From positions 284,270,001 through 284,334,000 of the forward strand of contig OZ024741.1 in NCBI GenBank assembly GCA_964016885.1: 64,000 nucleotides of DNA, in the 5' to 3' direction. The notes under the pieces are model-generated. The model made no database searches. It saw only the letters and a program-made list of their open reading frames with translations, and had not been told where the DNA came from. This DNA comes from Eledone cirrhosa. Taxonomy: Eukaryota. Below are positions 1 to 9,687 of the stretch, piece by piece (position 1 is the first letter of the stretch; the number at the start of each line of letters is the position of its first letter). A program made the translations under genes and the position numbers.

Positions 1-268
1 GACAGAGGGGGTTTTCTTCCATTTATAACCATTTTCTTTTTTGAATGTAAAATGTATATTACAAAATTGAATATTTGAGCGATATAACAATATATTATGG
101 ATCCGAATCTTCTCGAGGCTTGAGTCTGGTGCTTTATGCATCATTTGTACTAAGAATTGTTATTTCAAAATTGATTTAAATATGTTAAAAATCAAAAACT
201 TACGGGAGCGATTTCATGACCTTCTTTCCACCATGTGCGTCTTCTTCCCTATTATTATTATTATTATT

Positions 269-1989
269 GTTGTTATTCCTTGAATCTCAGTCATTGATGT
301 TGGTTAACTGGAAAGTCCGTTGGAATGAATATCAAGCCACTACCTGCAGCCTCAGATATTCAGGACGTATCGGAGGGTTCTTGCTGTTCCCAGCAAGCAT
401 GCATTTTGAAGCGTTCCAAAAAGCGTGAAGGGGCCGATTTTCTTTAACCATCCCTGGAAACTTTTGGAGATAGTCCCCAGTGCGCCTATGACAATCGGGA
501 TCACTTTGACTTCATGGCAGTTCCAAATCCTTTTTACCTCCCACTTTAAGTCCTGGTATCGGTTAATTTTCTCCCTCTCCTTCTCTTACACTCTCGTGTC
601 GAATGGGCAGGCCACATCCACAATCAGACACGCTCTTTTTTCTTTGTCCACAACCACCAGGTCAGGTCTATTGTGTTCCAGTTTCTTGTCCGTCTGTATC
701 CTAAAATCCCACAGCACCTTCACCTGATCGTTCTCCATCACCGCCTCTGGTCTATGCTCATACCATTTCTCAGAATGTGGTAAATTGTTTACTTTGCACA
801 GGTGCCAGTGGATCACCCTGCCCATCACATCATGTCTCCAGCCCTTATAGTGGGTCTGGGCTAGGTGTTTACACTCGGATACAATGTGAGCCACAGTCTC
901 CTCTCTCTCTCCACAGATCCTGGACAGTGGGCTAGCCTCTTCCTTGTAAATATGGTGTTTCAACCACTTCGTTTTGAGGGCCTGCTCCTGCGCAGCCATT
1001 AACATTCCTTCTGTAGCCTTTTTGAGGTATCCTCTTCTCAACCAGTTCCATGTCTGTGGATCTCTAAATTCAGTTTTCTCAAAGAAGGTACTATGAAGGG
1101 ATTTTCCCTGAAGGCTGCTCTTTCTCCTTGATGTTATTTCCTCCTTGGACATCCCCTGGCCTACTGTCCTCTCCTTCAGTACAGTTCTGAGCATTTTCTC
1201 CTTACTATCAGTCACGTATTTGTATAGGTTGTTTTGCTCCATCTGAACACAGTCCTCTATGCTGATAAGACCTCTTCCACCTTCAGATCTCCCTAAGTAG
1301 AGTCTATCGACATCACTCCTCTTGTGGAACATGTTGTAGATAGTCAATAGCTTCCTAGTCTTCCTATCCATTTCTTTTTGTTCAGCAACATTCCATCCCA
1401 GAATTCCTGCACTGTACCTAATAATAGACACAGCTCGGGAATTTACTGCGCTTATGGCATTTCTGCTGTTCAGATGTGACTTCAATACGCTCCTTATTCT
1501 CCGAATGTATTCAGTTCTTAACAATTCCTTCATTTTTTTGTTCTTTATGCCATCAGCCTCCAGAACGCCCAAATACTTGTATCCTTCCTCAGAGTCAATT
1601 TCCTTTATCATCTCACCTGTTGGTATCTGGATTCCGTTACTTCTGCTCAACCTACCCCTCCTCATCACAATGACTCCACACTTACTAATACCAAACTGCA
1701 TACATACATCACTGCTGAAAATACGGACAGTGTCAACAAGCACATCCAACTCCTTCTCACTCTTCCCGAAGAGCTTAAGATCGTCCATGAAGAGGAGGTG
1801 ATTGATGGTAAGCTCTCCCTTTCCCAACTTGTATCCTGCTCTCACTTTTCGCAGCATAATGGTCAAGGGCATCAGGGCAAGGACAAACAACAGAGGGGAC
1901 AGGCTATCTCCCTGGAAGATACCTCTCTTGATCTTCACGCTTCCCAAGGATTCTCCAGTTGATGTCAACTCTGTCTCCCAGGACCCCAT
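269..1989 (-). mobile_element. R4/Dong-clade non-LTR retrotransposon, 5'-truncated copy A (inactivated)
   Basis: ORF 586-2040 has RT motifs (QGDSLSP, FMDD) and an RLE region (RHD..PD..IVDVACP). Premature stop at 586-588 and a mutated zinc knuckle (SRIC instead of CRIC). Shares its 3' UTR with the other copies and is flanked by (TTA)n on both sides. Confidence 0.95.
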
Positions 1990-2009
1990 TATTATTATTA
2001 TTATTATTA

Positions 2010-3169
2010 TTGTTATTGTTATTCCTTGAATCTCAGTCATTGATGTTGGTTAACTGGAAAGTCCGTTGGATTGAATATCAAGCCACTACCTGCAGCCTCA
2101 GATATTCAGGACGTATCGGAGGGTTCTTGCCGTTCCAAGCAAGCATGCCTTTTGAAGCGTTCCAAAAAGCGTGAAGGGGCCGATTTTCTTTAACCATCCC
2201 TGGAAACCTTTGGAGATAGTCCCCAGTGCGCCTATGACAATCGGGATCACTTTGACTTCATGGCAGTTCCAAATCCTTTTCACCTCCCACTTTAGGTCCT
2301 GGTATCGGTTAATTTTCTCCCTCTCCTTCTCTTGCACTCTCGTGTCGAACGGGCAGGCCACATCCACAATCAGGCACGATCTTTTTTCTTTGTCCACAAC
2401 CACCAGGTCAGGTCTATTGTGTTCCAACTTTTTGTCCGTCTGTATCCTAAAATCCCACAGCACCTTCACCTGACTGTTCTCCATCACCGCCTCTGGCCTA
2501 TGCTCATACCATTTCTCAGAATGTGGTAGATTGTTTACTTTGCACAGGTGCCAGTGGATCACCCTGCCCATCACATCGTGTCTCCAGCCCTTATAGTGGG
2601 TCTGGGCTAGGTGTTTACACTCGGACACAATGTGGGCCACAGTCTCCTCTCTCTCTCCACAGATCCTGCACAGTGGGCTAGCCTCCTCCTTGTAGATATG
2701 GTGCTTCAACCACTTCGTTTTGAGGGCCTGCTCCTGCGCAGCCATTAGCATTCCTTCTGTAGCCTTTTTGAGGTCTCCTCTTCTCAACCAGTTCCATGTC
2801 TGTGGATCTCTAAATTCAGTTTTCTCAAAGAAGGTACTATGAAGGGATTTTCCCTTAAGGCTGCTCTTCCTCCTTGATGTTATTTCCTCCTTGAATATCC
2901 CCTGGCCTACTGTCCCCTCCTTCAGTACAGCTCTGAGCATTGGCTCCTTACTATAGGTCACGTATTTGTATAGGTTGTTTTTCTCCATCTGAACACAGTC
3001 CTCTATGCTGATAAGACCTCTTCCACCCTCAGATCTCCTTAGGTAGAGTCTATCGACATCACTCCTCTTGGAGATAGTCCCCAGTGCGCCTATGACAATC
3101 GGGATCACTTTGACTTCATGGCAGCTCCAGATCCTTTTCACCTCCCACTTTAGGTCCTGGTATCGGTTA
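2010..3169 (-). mobile_element. R4/Dong copy B, 5'-truncated and chimeric
   Basis: Near-identical to the 3' ~1.06 kb of copy D up to ~3070, then fused in frame to a ~100 bp piece from the element's 3' region. (TTA)n tracts at 1989-2010 and 3170-3226. Confidence 0.95.
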
Positions 3170-3225
<56 letters not shown>

Positions 3226-3226
<1 letters not shown>

Positions 3227-3623
3227 GTTGTTATTCCTTGAATCTCAGTCATTGATGTTGGTTAACTGGAAAGTCCGTTGGATTGAATATCAAGCCACTA
3301 CCTGCAGCCTCAGATATTCAGGACGTATCGGAGGGTTCTTGCTGTTCCAAGCAAGCATGCCTTTTGAAGCGTTCCAAAAAGCGTGAAGGGGCCGATTTTC
3401 TTTAACCATCCCTGGAAACTTTTGGAGATAGTCCCCAGTGCGCCTATGACAATCGGGATCACTTTGACTTCATGGCAGCTCCAGATCCTTTTCACCTCCC
3501 ACTTTAGGTCCTGGTATCGGTTAATTTTCTCCCTCTCCTTCTCTTGCACTCTCGTGTCGAACGGGCAGGCCACATCCACAATCAGACACGATCTTTTTTC
3601 TTTGTCCACAACCACCAGGTCAG
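3226..3623 (-). mobile_element. R4/Dong copy C, short 5'-truncated copy (~400 bp)
   Basis: Encodes only the C-terminal RLE part (PDLVVVD..IVDVACP..EK..Y) plus the shared 3' UTR; bounded by (TTA)n. Confidence 0.95.
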
Positions 3624-3649
3624 ATTTTTATTATTATTATTATTATTAT

Positions 3650-6600
3650 TGTTATTGTTATTCCTTGAATCTCAGTCATTGATGTTGGTTAACTGGAAAG
3701 TCCGTTGGATTGAATATCAAGCCACTACCTGCAGCCTCAGATATTCAGGACGTATCGGAGGGTTCTTGCCGTTCCAAGCAAGCATGCCTTTTGAAGCGTT
3801 CCAAAAAGCGTGAAGGGGCCGATTTTCTTTAACCATCCCTGGAAACCTTTGGAGATAGTCCCCAGTGCGCCTATGGCAATCGGGATCACTTTGACTTCAT
3901 GGCAGTTCCAAATCCTTTTCACCTCCCACTTTAGGTCCTGGTATCGGTTAATTTTCTCCCTCTCCTTCTCTTGCACTCTCGTGTCGAACGGGCAGGCCAC
4001 ATCCACAATCAGGCACGATCTTTTTTCTTTGTCCACAACCACCAGGTCAGGTCTATTGTGCTCCAGTTTTTTGTCCGTCTGTATCCTAAAATCCCACAGC
4101 ACCTTCACCTGACTGTTCTCCATCACCGCCTCTGGCCTATGCTCATACCATTTCTCAGAATGTGGTAGATTGTTTACTTTGCACAGGTGCCAGTGGATCA
4201 CCCTGCCCATCACATCGTGTCTCCAGCCCTTATAGTGGGTCTGGGCTAGGTGTTTACACTCGGACACAATGTGAGCCACAGTCTCCTCTCTCTCTCCACA
4301 GATCCTGCACAGTGGGCTAGCCTCCTCCTTGTAGATATGGTGCTTCAACCACTTCGTTTTGAGGGCCTGCTCCTGCGCAGCCATTAGCATTCCTTCTGTA
4401 GCCTTTTTGAGGTCTCCTCTTCTCAACCAGTTCCATGTCTGTGGATCTCTAAATTCAGTTTTCTCAAAGAAGGTACTATGAAGGGATTTTCCCTTAAGGC
4501 TGCTCTTCCTCCTTGATGTTATTTCCTCCTTGGGTATCCCCTGGCCTACTGTCCCCTCCTTCAGTACAGCTCTGAGCATTGGCTCCTTACTATAGGTCAC
4601 GTATTTGTATAGGTTGTTTTTCTCCATCTGAACACAGTCCTCTATGCTGATAAGACCTCTTCCACCCTCAGATCTCCTTAGGTAGAGTCTATCGACATCA
4701 CTCCTCTTGTGGAACATGTTGTAGATAGTCAATAGCTTCCTAGTCTTCCTATCCATTTCTTTTTGTTCAGCAACATTCCATCTCAGAATTCCCGCACTGT
4801 ACCTAATAATAGACACAGCTCGGGAATTTACTGCGCTTATGGCATTTCTGCTGTTCAGATGTGACTTCAATACGCTCCTTACTCTCCGAATGTATTCAGT
4901 TCTTAACAATTCCTTCATTTTTTTGTTCTTTATGCCATCAGCCTCCAGAACGCCCAAATACTTGTATCCTTCCTCAGAGTCAATTTCCTTTATCATCTCA
5001 CCTGTTGGTATCTGGATCCCGTTACTTCTGCTCAACCTACCCCTCCTCATCACAATGACTCCACATTTACCAATACCAAACTGCATACATATATCACTGC
5101 TGAAAATACGGACAGTGTCAACAAGCACATCCAACTCCTTCTCACTTTTCCCGAAGAGCTTAAGATCGTCCATGAAGAGGAGGTGATTGATGGTAAGCTC
5201 TCCCCTTCCCAACTTGTATCCTGCTCTCACTTTTCGCAGCATAATGGTCAAGGGCATCAGGGCAAGGACAAACAACAGAGGGGACAGGCTATCTCCCTGG
5301 AAGATACCTCTCTTGATCTTCACGCTTCCCAAGGATACTCCAGTTGATGTCAACTCTGTCTCCCAGGACCCCATACTCCTGCCCAGCAACTGTCTGATGT
5401 TATCTGCCACCCTGAAGATCTCCAGGCTTTTGGTGATCCAGGAATGAGGCACCATGTCAAATGCCTTTCTGTAGTCTATCCATCCCATGGCAAGATCAGT
5501 GTGTCTCCTCCTGCAATTCCCCATTACCATCTTATCAATAAGCAACTGGTCCTTTGTACCACGTGACTTCTTTCGGCATCCTTTCTGTTCGTCCGGCAAC
5601 AAGTTGTTTGTGTGGAGGTGATGGTAGATTTCCTCAGACACAATGCTCGTCAACAGTTTCCACATTACGGGCAGACATGTGATAGGTCTATAGTTGGTAA
5701 CATCATTACCCTTGATTCGGTCTTTCATTATCAGAACTGTGGTACCTTTTGTCAACCACTCTGGCACCTCACCCGACACCAAGCAGTCATTGAACATGGC
5801 CGTCAGCTTCGGGTGGAGGGATGTTAAATGTTTAATCCAATACCCCTGCACACCATCTGGGCCTGGTGATTTCCAGTTGGTTAGTTTTTTGGCTTGCCCC
5901 TTAAGAGTTTCAACTGTGATACTCAAATCAGTCTGTTGCTGTGCCTGCTCACCGATCTCCCTCTGTACTGTCTCAATCCACCCTGCCTGGGCATTGTGTC
6001 TAACATCCTGCTCCCATATTCTTCTCCAGAATGTTTTAGCTTGTTCCGCCCCAGGGATCAAGTCGTTGCCTCTTTCTTTCCCCTCAAGCTGTCCAAACAG
6101 CATCTTCTGGTTGTTGTCGAACATGCGGTTCTGTTTATACTGACTGACTCTGTTCTCGTATCGCCTGATTTTGGCACTCTTTGCTACAATGCGTTGCTTC
6201 AATTCCTCTATGATAATATTTAGCTTTTTACTCCTAGTTTTGTATTTTATTTCCAGTCTATTTTTAGTGCCTATGTTTTTTAGTGTCCCATTCAGTAGTG
6301 ACTCAAGCTTTCCTATGTCATTTCTCATTTCCCCGATTTGCCCACTCAGTCGCTTCTTCCACCACGGCTCTGCTCTTTCTTGTCTGTTGTTTCCTCTCGC
6401 TTTTATACCAAGTAGTTTCCTCACCGTATTTGCTGTTGCTTTGAGGATATTGTTGCACTGGTGAAGACTCCTCGCCTCAAGGTATGGGATGACTTTGTTT
6501 ACCTTAGCTGTTGTTTCTTTTAACTTTTTCCTGTCTACAAATCTTAGGTTCATAGGTCTCCCACTATCATTGTTCAACTCATCTACCACTAAATTTAGGA

Positions 6601-7470
6601 TGTCAACCGAATCTTGTCCTAGCCCGTCAGCATTCATCTCCTCAGTGGCCGTTTCTCTGTTCCAGGTATTATTTATCCCAGTATTCAGATCATTGTCTGC
6701 TTCGGGTGGTTCCTCCGTTCTCAGGACCTCCTCACCTTCATTTCCCGCCGGCTCGCTTGTCTGGCATACTACACCCGCCATCTCCAAGCCATTCTCTCTG
6801 CTCAGTTCCTCCAGTTCCAGCTCGCTTATCCACCCATTAGTTCTTATTACCCGAGCCTGCCCGGCCAATTTTTGTTCATCTAATTTAAATAAACCAATCT
6901 CGTTCCAGATGTTATGCATCCGTCTCCTGTAGCCCCTCTCCTTGGGGTTACTTTTCAGGTAGCATTGCATAACAGTTCTATTCAATTCTTTCGTCCAGTT
7001 GGTTCTGGCCCCTTTCCTTCTTCTTCTTCCTCCAACATCAGCAGTATTTCGTTGACAGTCAGGTTCCTGCTGCTGAGCCAGGGGGCACCTGTTGGGTGAG
7101 AGTCTGTCACATGACGTTCTAGTCTCCATTTCACCGTTATTCGAACTGTTTATGTTCGATATTTAAACACTCTTATCGAGGATTGGCGAATGTATGTTTA
7201 CATAGCCATCTGTGGATCCGCCATCCCACTTGGCCCTTGTGTGGCATTATCACCACGCTGTATACGGACACACATAAACAAACAAACACACGGGCAGAAA
7301 GGGCCCCAAAAATGAATAAGCATAAGTTTCATTGTAATGTAGTATTCGAATGTCTGACTTAGTTTTTGTTTTTTAAGTTTTACTTTTTCCCCCCTCTTCT
7401 CTGTCCGTCCGCCTGCTTCTCTCTTCATTCTTATTTTCTTTACGTTTTTGGGGTTTCTTTTTTTGTTTTT

Positions 7471-7471
<1 letters not shown>
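3650..7471 (-). mobile_element. Full-length R4/Dong-clade retrotransposon, copy D
   Basis: A ~340 bp 5' UTR starts at the (TTA)n tract 7472-7541, followed by a single long ORF and a short 3' UTR ending in AACAATAAC(AAT)n. Confidence 0.95.
3737..7129 (-). CDS. Reverse transcriptase / CCHC zinc knuckle / restriction-like endonuclease protein (R4/Dong clade), intact 1130 aa
   Basis: R4-type N-terminal block (WT..LN..VM.CY..S.P..RGYRRRM..IW); RT motifs KSPGPDG, YRPITCL, EQKG, IDYRKAFDMVPH, QGDSLSP, FMDD; CRIC-X8-H-X4-C; RHD, PD, D..P and EK..Y of the RLE. No stops. Confidence 0.96.
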   Translation of the reverse strand: METRTSCDRLSPNRCPLAQQQEPDCQRNTADVGGRRRRKGARTNWTKELNRTVMQCYLKSNPKERGYRRRMHNIWNEIGLFKLDEQKLAGQARVIRTNGWISELELEELSRENGLEMAGVVCQTSEPAGNEGEEVLRTEEPPEADNDLNTGINNTWNRETATEEMNADGLGQDSVDILNLVVDELNNDSGRPMNLRFVDRKKLKETTAKVNKVIPYLEARSLHQCNNILKATANTVRKLLGIKARGNNRQERAEPWWKKRLSGQIGEMRNDIGKLESLLNGTLKNIGTKNRLEIKYKTRSKKLNIIIEELKQRIVAKSAKIRRYENRVSQYKQNRMFDNNQKMLFGQLEGKERGNDLIPGAEQAKTFWRRIWEQDVRHNAQAGWIETVQREIGEQAQQQTDLSITVETLKGQAKKLTNWKSPGPDGVQGYWIKHLTSLHPKLTAMFNDCLVSGEVPEWLTKGTTVLIMKDRIKGNDVTNYRPITCLPVMWKLLTSIVSEEIYHHLHTNNLLPDEQKGCRKKSRGTKDQLLIDKMVMGNCRRRHTDLAMGWIDYRKAFDMVPHSWITKSLEIFRVADNIRQLLGRSMGSWETELTSTGVSLGSVKIKRGIFQGDSLSPLLFVLALMPLTIMLRKVRAGYKLGRGELTINHLLFMDDLKLFGKSEKELDVLVDTVRIFSSDICMQFGIGKCGVIVMRRGRLSRSNGIQIPTGEMIKEIDSEEGYKYLGVLEADGIKNKKMKELLRTEYIRRVRSVLKSHLNSRNAISAVNSRAVSIIRYSAGILRWNVAEQKEMDRKTRKLLTIYNMFHKRSDVDRLYLRRSEGGRGLISIEDCVQMEKNNLYKYVTYSKEPMLRAVLKEGTVGQGIPKEEITSRRKSSLKGKSLHSTFFEKTEFRDPQTWNWLRRGDLKKATEGMLMAAQEQALKTKWLKHHIYKEEASPLCRICGEREETVAHIVSECKHLAQTHYKGWRHDVMGRVIHWHLCKVNNLPHSEKWYEHRPEAVMENSQVKVLWDFRIQTDKKLEHNRPDLVVVDKEKRSCLIVDVACPFDTRVQEKEREKINRYQDLKWEVKRIWNCHEVKVIPIAIGALGTISKGFQGWLKKIGPFTLFGTLQKACLLGTARTLRYVLNI

Positions 7472-7514
<43 letters not shown>

Positions 7515-7541
7515 GTTATTATTATTATTATTATTATTATT
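7472..7541. repeat. (TTA)n microsatellite between Dong copy D and the L1/Tx1 element
   Basis: Direct reading. Equivalent tracts at 250-268, 1989-2010, 3170-3226, 3628-3650, 13319-13345 and 14968-15028. Confidence 0.99.
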
Positions 7542-7754
7542 GACGACCTACGTAGTAAATCGTATCATCGTGAGCTCCGCAAAGGTTTGTTATTTTCAGT
7601 TGTTCAAAATTGCCATTCATGGAAAATTTTATTGTTAACTGTATATAAGTGCACATACATTGTTATCTGAAAAGGACACCCAAAAAGATTGGGGCCTTGA
7701 GTCCAAAATTTAAACTTTTATAATTATCAAACAAAAATTTTTTTTCGAAACATC

Positions 7755-9653
7755 ATGGCTGACTCAGAGTCACTCCTTTCTCACAAACTAACACCTCACA
7801 CCGACACCACAATTGTAAATATTACTACGTTTGCCTACACTAAAAAAAATATAAGCAGTAGCAATATTTTAAATTTCTCTCAGGCAGACATTCATTTCCC
7901 GCTATTACTAATGACTGCAGGTGTTAAAGCCGCCACCACTACCACCACCGCGACAACAGAAACAAAAGAAAAAAATAAATTAACTCGTGATATCGAAATG
8001 AATTCAACCAAAATGAACTCTTCCACACCGAACACCACTGACGCCACCACCACCACAACTGAAACTAAAATTAATAATAACAAAAATAACGATAACAACA
8101 ACAGCAACAATGACATTAAGAAAACCACCCTGAGTTTTGCCAGAGTAGCAAAACAGTGCGAAGCATTTCAGGTAACTCAGGAGGAATTAGAAGAAGCCAA
8201 AAAAATGGTAAAGAAAGATGGGTACAAGGTCAGCCTCACCCCCACCTAATAAAATGTAGCATCGGCGCCTATGCACCGTGTCTTATCGAACAATTAATAT
8301 AAAATCGCGCCGAGTGGAACGGGCATCCGAGTCCCAAATTCAAAAAGCTTTGGGACATGTGTGAGCAAAAAACCCCCACATCAAACGTGGGCAGAAGTAT
8401 GGAACCGTGGACGTGTTCTTTGAAACACCACAGGAGGCTAGAGAACACCCCATGGCCCCATTAAGAAGTGACGACTTCACACTCGTCCCAAGCTATTGTG
8501 GCCAGAGACTCGTAAAGATCAGGGTCACCCACGTTCCAGCGGCCATCGAAATTCCATGGCTAATAGCTGCCGTCCTCGCCGGCATCGAAGCCAACACCAA
8601 GATAATCGAAATAGCGAAAGAAAAGCAGGAGAACTGGTCCAAGCGGACCAAAAAAGCATTGAGGAGATCCCAGAGGTAATAGACCTCACTGACGGCAGCC
8701 ACCTCACCGTAATTGTCGAGGGCAGAAGACCTAGGTGTGTCGTTTGAGGTGAAGGAACCCACCTAAGGGCTTTCTGCCCTCAGGCTAAAAGGTTGAGGCC
8801 ACCTCTCCTACCCACCCCAGTGACTCAACCATCAACACCACCAGCAGCAGAGATGGCAGCAACAACTGTAGCAGCAACAACAGAACCAACTGTAACAGCA
8901 ACAACCCCAGCAACAGTAGCAAAACCAACACCACCACCACCTAACGCGCCAGAACTAGCACCAGCGCCTACACCATCCACCACGCCACAACCAAAACTAA
9001 CGCCTGTGGAGGATTTTTCACTCCCCGGCCTATCACAACTGGAGACAGATTGTGACGACGAGGAGTGGGAAACGGTATCAGGAAAAAAGAAAAAAAGAAA
9101 CCAAAAAAGAAAAAATTCTCTTCCTTCCCCTTCCAAAAACAAAATACAGAGGGAAACAAATAAACTATCAAACAAAAAAGTAAGGACAGATATGCCACCA
9201 TCCACACCAGCATCACCAATCCCATCACCCCAAACACCAACACCATCACCATCATTAACCCCAACACCACCATCACCTACACCACAAAAGTCACCAAAAA
9301 GCGAAACAGAAACAAACCCACAACAAACACAAACAAAACAAAACAACCAAAACGATACACACTACACAGCATTAAATTTGAACAACAACCAATTATTACA
9401 CTACATCCAACACAACACCAGCATCACAGAAAAAGACTACACAACAACCCAAAAGTTCACACCACCTCCACACATACAAATCACTCACATCACACAGAAA
9501 ACGTACATGACACTAAAACAAAAATTCCCCAAAGACATCGGAGACTTCCGACAAGCACTCTCTAGGAGGATTTATAAGGACATCCTTCCTGAGGAGGCAA
9601 CAAGCATTGAAAAGGATGGAGAAACCGTCCTTCCTCTACGAGAAGTAAGGTAA
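7755..9653 (+). pseudogene. ORF1 of the L1/Tx1 element (gag-like, CCHC knuckle, Pro/Thr-rich tail), disrupted
   Basis: ORF pieces 7755-8249, 8407-8747 and 8793-9653. 8730-8780 reads RPRCVV*GEGTHLRAFCP, i.e. C-X2-(C>stop)-X4-H-X4-C. Also a W..V..KKKK motif. Confidence 0.75.
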
Positions 9654-9687
9654 GTGGTCTTTCCTATCTTTTCCACTCCATTTCAAC

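Noticed and set aside
1-249. Continuation of the Penelope ORF on the far side of the Dong array
   Set aside because: Minus-strand translation does not show the expected CNCR/GIY-YIG motifs.
1990-3252. N-terminal MTEIQGIT-poly-Ile extensions giving apparent start codons to copies A and B
   Set aside because: Produced by reading from the neighbouring copy's 3' UTR through (TAA)n; no evidence of real translation starts.
216-7099. Numerous 60-150 aa plus-strand ORFs over the Dong copies
   Set aside because: Antisense shadows of the retrotransposon ORF; they recur only because the element is repeated.
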